A stretch of DNA of 64,000 bases. It comes from Geopsychrobacteraceae bacterium. Its GTDB lineage: Bacteria; Desulfobacterota; Desulfuromonadia; Desulfuromonadales; Geopsychrobacteraceae. The stretch is taken from the NCBI GenBank assembly GCA_963676795.2, contig CAXXTB010000002.1:1632001-1696000 (forward strand), given 5' to 3'. A program made the translations under genes and the position numbers. This document shows positions 20,269-30,028 of the stretch, piece after piece (position 1 is the stretch's first letter; each line of letters starts with the position of its first letter). The notes under the pieces are model-generated. The model was given only the letters and a program-made list of their open reading frames with translations, was not told the origin of the DNA and made no database searches.

Positions 20269-20909
20269 GCCGCTCTTGTCTCCCTGTCACATCCCTCTGT
20301 TGAACCTTCACCCTTATCAACATTGAGCATGACAAATTCGGTCATACACTCCATGTAGCGCAAATCTTCCTGCTTCCAACGTTTCAGAACCGTGTAGAGG
20401 ACAAAGGCAATAAGTCCGATGGCCATGCCCACGACCGTTGTGGTAAAGGCAATAACCAGATCGGCGGACAGGCGGGTCATATCCCCCTGCCCTAAAGCAG
20501 CGAGACCCGTTCCCATGGGGATGAGTGTTCCGATCAGTCCGAGTCCTGGTCCGGTCCGCACCAGAATCATCAAACGATCCAGTTTTTTGCCCAGTTGCAG
20601 TCGATGATGCTGCAATAAGTTTTCAATTTTGATGTCACGTGTGGTCTCGGTGGTAACCAGTAACCGCTTCAAATCATGATAATATGCACGCACCGGGTGA
20701 CTGCAGGATTTTTTAATAAACTCAGGATCGGTCAATTTCTCCAGCTGGTTTTTGATAGGCTTCAAACGCAGACGTTCAAAGCCGTCAGCACAAAATATTC
20801 CGAGCATAACCAGTACCCAGACCGACAATCCGGCAAGCAGAACAACAACCGGCGTAAATAACGCGGCTGAAATCAGATAGATATAGGTTTTTAGAAAAGC
20901 AAAAATCAT
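20265..20909 (-). CDS. MotA/TolQ/ExbB proton-channel family protein (HmuU-like)
   Basis: GPGLGLIGTLIPMG.GL..L..GD...L...L.IAFTTTVVG motif. Confidence 0.88.
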   Translation of the reverse strand: MIFAFLKTYIYLISAALFTPVVVLLAGLSVWVLVMLGIFCADGFERLRLKPIKNQLEKLTDPEFIKKSCSHPVRAYYHDLKRLLVTTETTRDIKIENLLQHHRLQLGKKLDRLMILVRTGPGLGLIGTLIPMGTGLAALGQGDMTRLSADLVIAFTTTVVGMAIGLIAFVLYTVLKRWKQEDLRYMECMTEFVMLNVDKGEGSTEGCDRETRAA

Positions 20910-21652
20910 AAGAAACTCCTTTTAAGATTGCGGCGTCGAAGCAGATAACCGCCTAAAACAACAGCTATAAGTATCAGAATCATGATTACGAACTCAGGGT
21001 TTACGGGCTCACCCCTCCCCTGAGACAGGCGGTAAATCCTGTCGATTTGTGCAAACTGCGGAACAATACAAAGTGCCAGCAAAAAATATGCTGCCAGCAG
21101 ACACATCAACACTCCCAGGGACTGGTTGGCGTCTTTGGAACCTGCTGTGCTCTGCCAGAGCAGGATCATGCCACTGAGCAGCTGAATCACTGAAAAACCG
21201 GCAGCCATACTCACCAGGGCGACCAGCTTATGGTCCGGGTAAAGGTTCATCATAAAGGCGGTTTCCAGCAATATGACCGAAGCACACACCGGACAGGGCA
21301 GACTCAGTAACAGCCAGCCTCTGTTTTTCCATTTACCAGAATCTTCCGGGCGTTTTTTCAGCAGCAAAAAGCCCCATCCTCCGAGAAGGATGGCACTGAT
21401 CAGATGCAAGGTCATCCCGGCAGCAAACAGCTTCTGCAACTGAGGAAAATAATCCAATAATGAGACCTGACTGAGCAATAAACCGCAGATCAGAAACAGG
21501 CAAAGATAAGCAAGAACATGAACACCGCCAATCAACCATCTGCGTTTTGTACCGCTGACGGTCGTCAACAGGTAACCGAGTCCCACACCACTTTTCAGCG
21601 CAAAGACGCCGAGCCCGAAAATCAGCCCGAGAATCAGACTTTTTAACTCCAT
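20906..21652 (-). CDS. DUF2162 family predicted transporter (HmuT-like)
   Basis: Multi-TM protein with FALKSG.G and PCPVC motifs; located between cobN-like and MotA-like genes. Confidence 0.8.
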   Translation of the reverse strand: MELKSLILGLIFGLGVFALKSGVGLGYLLTTVSGTKRRWLIGGVHVLAYLCLFLICGLLLSQVSLLDYFPQLQKLFAAGMTLHLISAILLGGWGFLLLKKRPEDSGKWKNRGWLLLSLPCPVCASVILLETAFMMNLYPDHKLVALVSMAAGFSVIQLLSGMILLWQSTAGSKDANQSLGVLMCLLAAYFLLALCIVPQFAQIDRIYRLSQGRGEPVNPEFVIMILILIAVVLGGYLLRRRNLKRSFL

Positions 21653-21662
21653 CACTTTCCCC

Positions 21663-24600
21663 TTACCAATCCTGTCGCCGGCGACGCCACCAGACTCCGC
21701 CACTGACAATGATCAAAATCAACAACACGCACACTGACGCCAGCCATTGAACACCAGATGACGTCAACTCCGTCGTTTTGTCCTCAGTCGTGACCTCCTC
21801 CATTTTGTAGCCAGTCACATCCTCGCTTTTTTCCCCTGTTTGCCCCTCAAGTTGCTGCTCAGGATTGTCAGAGAGCTGCTGCTCATCGCGCGCCTGATTC
21901 TTCTCGAAACCGGCAACCAGCTGCTGTTGCAACTGCTGTCGTTGGTCGAGCTGTTCCTCCAGAGATTTCTTTGCCATCTTCTCGATGGCAACCTTGAACT
22001 GCTCCACCAGTTCAGGACTCATCACCCCAGGCAGTGAAGCGATATTGATAACCATCTGGTTGAGGGCCGGGTTGTTGCAGGTATGGTCACAGCAGGCCAC
22101 CCCGTGCTTCAGAACGTTATTGACATACTCCTTGGCCAGCGTCTGTTTCACCTCGTCCGAAGTCTGCCAATAACCTTTACGCACAGTTTCCAGAATACGC
22201 GCGGTCATCGACTGGTAGGCCCAGGGGCTGTTCTTGGCAAAGAATTCTTTCAGATCCTGGTCATACTTGTCTTCAACATAGACCTCGTAAACCTGTTGCC
22301 ACTTGTCGGCACTGACAGCTGAGGGCACAGTCACCTGCCAGCCCCAGAGGTTTTCGGCAAAATCGGCCATCTGCCGGGCGCCGGCATAATTTTCCTGTCT
22401 CATCCCTTCGATCCACTTGGGATTCAGGTAACGGGTCCGCAGTTCACGGCCGATGGTCTTGGTCACGTCCTCAACCTGAGATTCATCGCGGCGCCGGTTC
22501 AGGGTGACCATGGTGTCCGGGGCTTCTCCTCGGATATTTTTGACCGCCAACGACATCCCTCCCAGGTAGGAAAAGAAATCATCGGTATCGATAATGCCGA
22601 TCACATTGCTCGATCGGGAATGAACAGCAACATCGACATGGCGCAGGTTTTCCTTAAAAGTCTCCTTGACGGGAACTGCCCACTGCCCCTGCCCGACGGC
22701 AAACTGAGCCCGGTTCAGGTATACGTTGCTGATCTCCTCATCGGATTCCCAGAAACCGGAGGAGCCAACCATCTCTTCTACCCCGTTACCGTAAGACCCG
22801 ACCTCTTCGGTGAAAATTCGAAAGCGCGACTGCAGATCTGCCTCTTCGGCACTCATCCCCTGGTGCATCAGACGCTCTTTGATGGTGCGACTATTCTTGG
22901 CGATGAAGTTTTCAACATCAGTCTGAAGCAAAACCTTCTGTACGGCGTCATCAAGGTACAGCAGCTTATCGGGAAACATGTCACGATACAGCCCTGAGGG
23001 GTTGATCAGCACATCAATACGCGGTCGCCCCAGTTCCTGTCCGGGAATGATGCGCATACCACGCACCTTGTCTGTCTTGTCCCATACCGGTTCGACCCCC
23101 ATCAGATAGAGAATTGTCGCTTCGTTGCCCCCTTCGTTACGACAGGTTTCAAAGGCCCACAAAACAACTCCGACTTTTTGCGGATATTTGCCTTCCTTTT
23201 TCAGTTTTTCGGCGATGATCTGTTCGGCAGCTCTTTTACCGATGGCCCAGGCTGCTTTGGAAGGCACCTTTTCTGGCGAGAAACCATAAAAATTGCGCCC
23301 GGTCGGCAGCGCGGCCAGGTTGCGCAGCGGATCGTTCCCCTCACCCGGCTCCACATATTCACCGTCCAGGGCATGCATGAAGGTGTTCAGCTCATTGGCC
23401 GCCGAACGATGCAGATCATGCAGCACCTTGTCAGGGTCAGCGTCGGGGTTCTGGTCCATGATCAGGGTAACTGTCTCCGCTTCGGACTCCGCAGCATCGG
23501 CCTTGCCGAAGGTGTGCAACCCGTAAGGCAAAGAATTCTGATCGATCTCGTGCAGGTAGAGATGAACCTTTTCGATCGCCTCCTCATCCAGTTCATCGAT
23601 CTTAAGATCCTTGTCGATCCCCAGGACTTTGATCTGTTCGGCCATCTGGCGACGATACTCCTGTGCGGTTTCGCTGCCATTGGCCTGGGCATATTCATAC
23701 TTGTGATGCAGATCGTGCAGCTCGGCGTATTCGTTGTAGAGGTCGGCCTTGCGCATAGGCGGCGTCAGGTAATCGATGACAACGCCGCGTCCGCGCCGTT
23801 TGGCCTCGATCCCCTCACCTATATCGTCGACGATGTAAGGATAGATATTCGGGATATCGCCAAGCATCACCTCCGGCGGATCGGACGGTGCCAATCCTGC
23901 CTGTTTGCCCGGCAGCCACTCATAAGTGGCATGAGTCCCCAGGTGGACCATGGCATCGGCCTGAAAGCGCTCCTTCAACCACAGGTAGGCGGCAATGTAT
24001 TGATGGTGCGGATAAAGGGTGGTGTCGTGGTACATTTTCAGCGGATCATCAGACCAGCCCCGCGCCGGTTCCGGCAACAGGACAATGTTGCCAAGCTTGA
24101 CCATGGGAAAAATCAGCTCTCCACCACGGGTCATGATGGCGCTCTCTTCAGGGGGCCCCCATTGCTTGAGAACCGGTTCTTTGAAGGCTTCCGGTAACCT
24201 GGCGAACCACCGCCGATACTCAGAGAGGGGGACCTGTTCGACCTGGCCACTGTCGATCAGAGCATCCAGCTCTCCCGGAGCCCAACTGCCGACATTACGC
24301 CCACCGGCCAGGATCATCTCCTGCAGTCTGGCTTCGCTGAGCTGAGCTGCATTGGCCACCTGGTAGCCATCCTCTTTCAGCCGCGCCAGAATCACTTCCA
24401 GACTGCGAAAAACGTTCATATAGGCTGCAGCAATATTCTGTTTCCCCTGACTGTGGTTGTAATAGAGAATGGCAACCTTCTTTTCGCTGTTGTCCATGCG
24501 CTGCAGTGCAGCCCATTTTTTAAGCCGCGGAATCAGAAAATCCAGGGTCTCGTCGATGGTTTCATAGACAGAGAATTTACGTCCCGTCTGAGCGTCAATC

Positions 24601-25628
24601 AGATCTTTTCTGCCGATCAGGACCGTCGGTTCAATCGCTCCGGACAATTCCGGGGTCGCCACCGCCCAGCCAGTTTCCAGTGGTCCCAGCCCGACGCTAC
24701 TTCCGCGCCACTCATCAATACTTTCAGCATAAGGACGGATGACATTGAACACTGGAACATTCAGATCGATCAGGGTCTGACGGATATCGTCATTAAGGGA
24801 AGATGCAAATTTAAGGCTGAACGCCAGCAACAGATCAACCGGGCGCTGGCCATTGCGAGGCTTAACGAAACGCTGCATAACCACATCAACCGGACCGAAA
24901 CAGGGCAGCACGTTAAACCCCGCCGTTTCGAGACGGACGATCAGCTCATCCATCGCCTCAACCTGCCCTTCCTTGAGGCTGTTGGCAAAATCCATGATGC
25001 CGACCCAGGCGCCATCAGGGTGATAACCGCTGCGGCTTCGATACCATTGCTGATAGTCCTCAAGAGCGACAAAATAGCTGTCAGCCTCAGGGTGATGAAG
25101 GCTGGCTGCCGGAATGACCCTGACCTGCCGGTAACTGACAGTTCCATCGATATGCCGTTGTACCACCAGGCGGATCAGGTTGACCATATTGACGACACTG
25201 CGGTTGTTGTAATAGCTGATCAACTGGTTATCAAGGAGGATTCCCCTGGCAGCCAGTTGGTCTGGATCCCCGGCATCGTTCAGGGCATAAACCTTGCGGC
25301 CCCGAATAAGATCATGCTCTTCCAGATAGTCAGGCAACTGCGGCATCATGACATTAACCAGCACCACAGACGCTTCAGCAATAAATTCCCCGGCTTGCGG
25401 ATCCTGTTCCAGATCGGCCAGGGTAAAGTAGCGCACGCTGATGTTTTCCGGCAGATCGAGCTGGCTCAAGGCCAGATGCAGCTGGTAACTGTTGATATCA
25501 ATTTCCAGGATAGCGACCCGCTCGGCCGTTTCGGCACTGGCAACGCAAGGTAAATCAGCAACCAGCAACAGGCAAACCAGGCCGACAGAGAACAAAGAGG
25601 ACAGCTGTCCACATAGCTTTTTGAACAT
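21663..25628 (-). CDS. cobN: CobN/Mg-chelatase-family protein with signal peptide and C-terminal membrane anchor (HmuS/BtuS-like), copy B
   Basis: PHHQYIAAY.W, HLGTHATYEWLPGKQ, PTGRNFY, GRPRIDV, SGLYRD.F, RYLNPKWIEGM, CCDHTC motifs. Confidence 0.9.
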   Translation of the reverse strand: MFKKLCGQLSSLFSVGLVCLLLVADLPCVASAETAERVAILEIDINSYQLHLALSQLDLPENISVRYFTLADLEQDPQAGEFIAEASVVLVNVMMPQLPDYLEEHDLIRGRKVYALNDAGDPDQLAARGILLDNQLISYYNNRSVVNMVNLIRLVVQRHIDGTVSYRQVRVIPAASLHHPEADSYFVALEDYQQWYRSRSGYHPDGAWVGIMDFANSLKEGQVEAMDELIVRLETAGFNVLPCFGPVDVVMQRFVKPRNGQRPVDLLLAFSLKFASSLNDDIRQTLIDLNVPVFNVIRPYAESIDEWRGSSVGLGPLETGWAVATPELSGAIEPTVLIGRKDLIDAQTGRKFSVYETIDETLDFLIPRLKKWAALQRMDNSEKKVAILYYNHSQGKQNIAAAYMNVFRSLEVILARLKEDGYQVANAAQLSEARLQEMILAGGRNVGSWAPGELDALIDSGQVEQVPLSEYRRWFARLPEAFKEPVLKQWGPPEESAIMTRGGELIFPMVKLGNIVLLPEPARGWSDDPLKMYHDTTLYPHHQYIAAYLWLKERFQADAMVHLGTHATYEWLPGKQAGLAPSDPPEVMLGDIPNIYPYIVDDIGEGIEAKRRGRGVVIDYLTPPMRKADLYNEYAELHDLHHKYEYAQANGSETAQEYRRQMAEQIKVLGIDKDLKIDELDEEAIEKVHLYLHEIDQNSLPYGLHTFGKADAAESEAETVTLIMDQNPDADPDKVLHDLHRSAANELNTFMHALDGEYVEPGEGNDPLRNLAALPTGRNFYGFSPEKVPSKAAWAIGKRAAEQIIAEKLKKEGKYPQKVGVVLWAFETCRNEGGNEATILYLMGVEPVWDKTDKVRGMRIIPGQELGRPRIDVLINPSGLYRDMFPDKLLYLDDAVQKVLLQTDVENFIAKNSRTIKERLMHQGMSAEEADLQSRFRIFTEEVGSYGNGVEEMVGSSGFWESDEEISNVYLNRAQFAVGQGQWAVPVKETFKENLRHVDVAVHSRSSNVIGIIDTDDFFSYLGGMSLAVKNIRGEAPDTMVTLNRRRDESQVEDVTKTIGRELRTRYLNPKWIEGMRQENYAGARQMADFAENLWGWQVTVPSAVSADKWQQVYEVYVEDKYDQDLKEFFAKNSPWAYQSMTARILETVRKGYWQTSDEVKQTLAKEYVNNVLKHGVACCDHTCNNPALNQMVINIASLPGVMSPELVEQFKVAIEKMAKKSLEEQLDQRQQLQQQLVAGFEKNQARDEQQLSDNPEQQLEGQTGEKSEDVTGYKMEEVTTEDKTTELTSSGVQWLASVCVLLILIIVSGGVWWRRRRQDW

Positions 25629-25630
25629 GG

Positions 25631-27634
25631 TTAATCCTTCTCAGGCGACGCGTATAACAGAGCCCCGAATGCCCGAGCCAAAATGGGGGGGAGCTCTTTA
25701 TTGCCAGGAAAATCAGTCATGGAAACATCCCGCTCGTCCGATATTCTGGAAGCAACCTGAATACAGAGTTGATTAAAGACAAGATCGCTGCCGATGAGTC
25801 CTTTTTTCAGATCGTCACTGACCGCCAATGCCGTTTCAAGAAAGGCTGCGTAGTATGGATCCTTGAGCAGTGTGGCCAATTTTTCCGTCGCAGCAGTTTG
25901 TTCCAGCTCCGGAAACGTGGCAGCAACCTGCTTTAAGCTCAGCCCCCGCTCATACAAGCGTTGGCTGACCGGCCGTCTGGCGAGTAACCCGTTCTGACGT
26001 GAAATCGCATCAGTAACTGCACCATGAACCGCCTTGGCGATCAATTCACCGATTTTGGTGTGCCCACCAGTGTAGAGTGCTTCAGGGCCGTCCCCCTGGA
26101 CAATAATGACATTGTCCGTTCCGGTTCCGGTGGCCCGGTAATCCAGCCCGGAATATGAACTGCGGATATCCAGGTCAAGCAATGCCGCTGATTTTGCCTC
26201 TGTCGCGGTGATAATAGAGCGCGCCATGGCGTTTTCACTCAGCTTACGGTTGGTCATTACCAGGACATTGATGGTGCCGTGACTACTGTAAAAGCCTGTA
26301 TCACGTGACATGCGCATGGCGTTGCCGCGCACCCCCGCAGTGGCAAGTGCAGTCACCTCAAGATCCTTGTAGACTTCCGTTCTCTGGGCCAGATTGTTCA
26401 AATCAGCACCGGTCATCATGCCGCTGAAATCCATCTTTTCATAACCGAGATTAGCAGCGATGGCGGCCTTGGCCCGGTGAGGCCCAAAAGTCATATGCCC
26501 CAGGCTGGCCCCCATCGGAACATAGGTGTTACCCACGCCGGCGATTTGGCTGCGCAGACCTTCAAAGGTCGAAAGGATTGTTTGAGGTTTGTTGAAGTGT
26601 ACGTCCAGTGATCGGTAAACCACATCATTGACGCGATGGTTGACAATCCGTGCCTCTTTCACATAGGCAAACTCAAACTCCAGTGGACGCTCTTCGAGAA
26701 TCTGGTCTTCTGCTGTCGCCAGATCAGGATCTGCCATCTCCTGAGGATAGAGGACAGCAGCCAGCCACAGAGCGAAATCTCCCATATGAGTGCCAAGCTG
26801 ACAGGTCAAGGCGCAGGGGAACATCATCAGCTGTCCGTTGCGTATCGCCGTCACGTCTCGCCATTGAGGCTGCTGCAGATACGCCCTGACAGCGTCGGCA
26901 TTATCGTTACAGCCATAGACCATCTGAGGATCGAAGTTTTGCCATTGCTGCAGTGACAGCGGCACAAAACTGCCGTCCGAAGCAAGTTCAGGAGGAATTC
27001 CACCGGCAGCCTCAATCAGCTGGTTCTGAAATGAATCATCGCCAGGTGCGTAAAATATAGAACCGGCAACAACCCTTATGACCCGTTTACGCTTGTCCTC
27101 AGGAATCATTCCGAGGCGTTGTTTTATCAGCTCAAGTTGTTCACGGTTATGACGAATGATCTTTTCTGCACTCTGCGACCGGTTCAACAGCTTTCCGATA
27201 AGCCTGATCTGGGCATAACCATCCTCCAGTCGGCGGGCATCAAGCACCAGCAGACCTTCCGGTTCCGTGGCAAAGTGCTCAATGACCTCCCGCTGACCTG
27301 GTGCAGCAATGACCAAATCAGGTTTCAGGCTTAGGATCTGATCAAGCACAGGATGAAAATAACTGCCGATATCTGCTATGCGCAGCTGTGGTTCAAGCTT
27401 GAGATCTTCCAGCGTCGTCCCGACCAGGACATCCTCCTGCCCAAGACGAACGATCGTCTCGGTGATAGCTGGCACCAGGCAGACGACACGCTGTGGAGGT
27501 TGGTTAATGCGGACCCTGATATTTCTTCCATCAGTGATATCGAGCGGAAAATCAGCAGCCATAAGGGTCCAGGGCGACTGAAGGGCCAGCGCTATCAAAG
27601 CACTAACTGCCAGCATTATTGTTTTATGTCTCAT
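25631..27634 (-). CDS. cbiZ: Exported BtuF-like periplasmic binding domain fused to adenosylcobinamide amidohydrolase (CbiZ), copy B
   Basis: Signal peptide; PQRVVCLVPAITE...LKPDLV binding fold; CbiZ motifs MTGAD, TAGV..NA, GTIN, TEAK.AAL.DL, ATGTGTD. Confidence 0.85.
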   Translation of the reverse strand: MRHKTIMLAVSALIALALQSPWTLMAADFPLDITDGRNIRVRINQPPQRVVCLVPAITETIVRLGQEDVLVGTTLEDLKLEPQLRIADIGSYFHPVLDQILSLKPDLVIAAPGQREVIEHFATEPEGLLVLDARRLEDGYAQIRLIGKLLNRSQSAEKIIRHNREQLELIKQRLGMIPEDKRKRVIRVVAGSIFYAPGDDSFQNQLIEAAGGIPPELASDGSFVPLSLQQWQNFDPQMVYGCNDNADAVRAYLQQPQWRDVTAIRNGQLMMFPCALTCQLGTHMGDFALWLAAVLYPQEMADPDLATAEDQILEERPLEFEFAYVKEARIVNHRVNDVVYRSLDVHFNKPQTILSTFEGLRSQIAGVGNTYVPMGASLGHMTFGPHRAKAAIAANLGYEKMDFSGMMTGADLNNLAQRTEVYKDLEVTALATAGVRGNAMRMSRDTGFYSSHGTINVLVMTNRKLSENAMARSIITATEAKSAALLDLDIRSSYSGLDYRATGTGTDNVIIVQGDGPEALYTGGHTKIGELIAKAVHGAVTDAISRQNGLLARRPVSQRLYERGLSLKQVAATFPELEQTAATEKLATLLKDPYYAAFLETALAVSDDLKKGLIGSDLVFNQLCIQVASRISDERDVSMTDFPGNKELPPILARAFGALLYASPEKD

Positions 27635-27694
27635 AATTATGCCTGTTATGCCGAATATCCCCGCCAGGCACAGAGCCCGGCGGGGTAACTTGCA

Positions 27695-29629
27695 TCAATA
27701 GCGATACTTCAAGCTGAGGTAGAAACTACGGCCAGGCATCGGGTAGCCCGCATTGTAAGCGTAGTCTTCATCCGTAAGGTTACGAATATCCGCTTTGAGG
27801 GTGACATCGCCGTACTTCTCAAAATCGTAAAGCTTTTTGGAGACTGAAAAGTCGGTCAGGGTAACGCTGTCAAGAGTTTCTGACGAGTTGATATCCTGCT
27901 CACCGGTATGGGTAAAGTTAAGGTTAGCGGTCAAACCACTCTCTTGATTCCTGAAGGTCAAGCCATAGGAAGCAGTCAACGCAGAGGTATAGGTGCGATC
28001 TTCACCGGTTTCTTCATTTTCATAGGTATCCAGATAAGTGAAGGAAACATAAGGGATAAGCTCGCTGCTCCAGCCCATCAATGCACCGATGTCAAACTGC
28101 AAAGAACCTTCATAGCCTGAAACCGTCGCCTCACCGGTATTTTCATAGTAGGTGACTCCGTCAGCGGCATTGTAGGAGTAACCGATGCTATTTTCGAAAT
28201 CGGTATGGAAATAGGTCAGGCTCGCATTGAAGCTGTTTTTGACAACGTCAACTCCGACCTCATAGGTGGCACTTTTTTCCGGGTCGAGATCCGGATTACC
28301 GGACCAGATTCCATAGCCCCAGGCACTATAATCGGTATACATGAACAGCTGGCTTGGGGTCGGCATTTTAAAGCCTTCAGCATAGTTGGCTCTGATCTTG
28401 ACCATCGGACTGATCTTATATGCCGCACCGAAGTTTTTACTCAGATTGGTGGCATCGGTACTGTCGCCGGTGTCGCCTTCGATATCAAAACTGTCGTAGC
28501 GACCACCGGCCGAGAGGATCAGCTTATCATCGAGAAGCTTGACTTTCGCCATTGAGAACAGGGCAGGATTATCGTAGGTGTTCTCTTTGCCCGGGTCCAT
28601 GTTGGAGGTAGAAATCGCATAATTAATCCAGTCAACACCTGCAGTCAGCTGAACCATGTCCCACTTGGCGGTCAGCTGAGCATTCGCACCCTGCTGCTCG
28701 GTATCACGAAAATAACTCCGTACACCTGCATCAAAGTTTTCGTACTCTTCGATACCGCTGAAATAGCGCAGGCTCCACAAGAGAAAATCATCTGCTGTCT
28801 GGCCATCATAGACGACATCGTACTGACGATTAGCATTGCCAACAGTTGCTTCAGGATCTGGTGTCGTCAGCTGATCAGGGCTACCGATATCATCAGAGAC
28901 ATAACTGGTATAGGTCACTCCAACCCGCTGATTTGTCAGAAAGGTATAACCGAGATTGGCACTCAATCTATCTTTGCTGTCAAAGCCGGTATTGTCGTAT
29001 TTATCGCCGCCACCGGTATTGTAAGATGATTGGGCTGCTCGCGAAGCACTCAAGGAATAGTCGAAATTCTTGACCAGTCCGGAAACACCCGCCGCTGTTT
29101 TCCTGTAATTCCAGCTACCAACAGTCTGATCGATGAAAAATGAAGGTTTGGTATCGCCTTTTTTGGTGATGACATTGACAACACCACCGATAGCCGACGA
29201 TCCGTACTGCACGGAACCTGGTCCGCGGATAATCTCGACCCTCTCAACGTTGTCCATCAGAATCGTAGCCAGATTGGACGTATTGATGCGGCGGCCATTT
29301 ATCAGAATAGTCACGTAGCTTGAAACGACCTGACCATGAGTGTCTGTCGCAAAACCACGAATCTGGACAGCACTCAGAGAGTTCGGATATTCACGGACCT
29401 TAAACCCTTGGGTAGAGAGCAGATCACGCAGATCCTTGGCCGAGGACTCCTTGATCTGTTCCTCGCTCAAGACGGTAATATTCATCGTCTGATCCGCTTT
29501 TAGTTCTTCGATCCGGCTGGCAGTGACGACAACCTGATCGAGATTTGTGACCTCATCGATAGCGAACGATGTCACGGGACAAGCCAACACAGCGAGTAAC
29601 AGATACAACAGATAACGATTGAGCTTCAC
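27695..29629 (-). CDS. TonB-dependent receptor, BtuB-like (riboswitch-controlled)
   Basis: DQVVVTASR TonB box, VERVEIIRGPGSVQYGSSAIGGVVNVITK plug, PGRSFY end; directly downstream of a B12 riboswitch. Confidence 0.92.
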   Translation of the reverse strand: MKLNRYLLYLLLAVLACPVTSFAIDEVTNLDQVVVTASRIEELKADQTMNITVLSEEQIKESSAKDLRDLLSTQGFKVREYPNSLSAVQIRGFATDTHGQVVSSYVTILINGRRINTSNLATILMDNVERVEIIRGPGSVQYGSSAIGGVVNVITKKGDTKPSFFIDQTVGSWNYRKTAAGVSGLVKNFDYSLSASRAAQSSYNTGGGDKYDNTGFDSKDRLSANLGYTFLTNQRVGVTYTSYVSDDIGSPDQLTTPDPEATVGNANRQYDVVYDGQTADDFLLWSLRYFSGIEEYENFDAGVRSYFRDTEQQGANAQLTAKWDMVQLTAGVDWINYAISTSNMDPGKENTYDNPALFSMAKVKLLDDKLILSAGGRYDSFDIEGDTGDSTDATNLSKNFGAAYKISPMVKIRANYAEGFKMPTPSQLFMYTDYSAWGYGIWSGNPDLDPEKSATYEVGVDVVKNSFNASLTYFHTDFENSIGYSYNAADGVTYYENTGEATVSGYEGSLQFDIGALMGWSSELIPYVSFTYLDTYENEETGEDRTYTSALTASYGLTFRNQESGLTANLNFTHTGEQDINSSETLDSVTLTDFSVSKKLYDFEKYGDVTLKADIRNLTDEDYAYNAGYPMPGRSFYLSLKYRY

Positions 29630-29743
29630 TTACTCCTCCTGATAATGCGGGTTTTACCCGTCAAATAACGACCTGAGGAAGCCCTGTTACACCTCCAGTC
29701 AGATGTCCATGCCCTACCGTAGAGAAGCATGCACGCGTCATTG

Positions 29744-29915
29744 ACATTCAGGCAGGTCTTCTGACTTCCGGTTCATCCTAATCACCGCGCCTTCCCATTG
29801 ACCTTGCGGTTAACAGTGGCATTTTTCTGTGCGGTTTTCGTCCCCGGTTACAGCGGCGGGCCCGTCCCCGATTTGCACGGGGTTCCCTTTTGGCTCAAAA
29901 TGAGCACCTGAATGT
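29744..29915 (-). ncRNA. Cobalamin riboswitch (long, class I-like)
   Basis: Minus strand AAAGGGAACCCCGTGCAAATCGGGGACGGGCCCGCCGCTGTAACC...GCCACTG...GGGAAGG...AAGTCAGAAGACCTGCC; P1 ACATTCAGG/CCTGAATGT. Confidence 0.95.
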
Positions 29916-30028
29916 TATTAAAATACTTTTGAAACTTCAGTTCAGTGGGTGTCACCGCCTCCCTGAAGACACTACAAGTTCCAGGTTAACGATCTGACCT
30001 CACATATTTTCACCTCTTTATCAAAAGT

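Noticed and set aside
23178..25553. Long antisense ORFs (339 and 366 aa; likewise 59752-61029 and 2275-3168)
   Set aside because: Shadows of well-supported genes on the opposite strand, with no recognisable motifs
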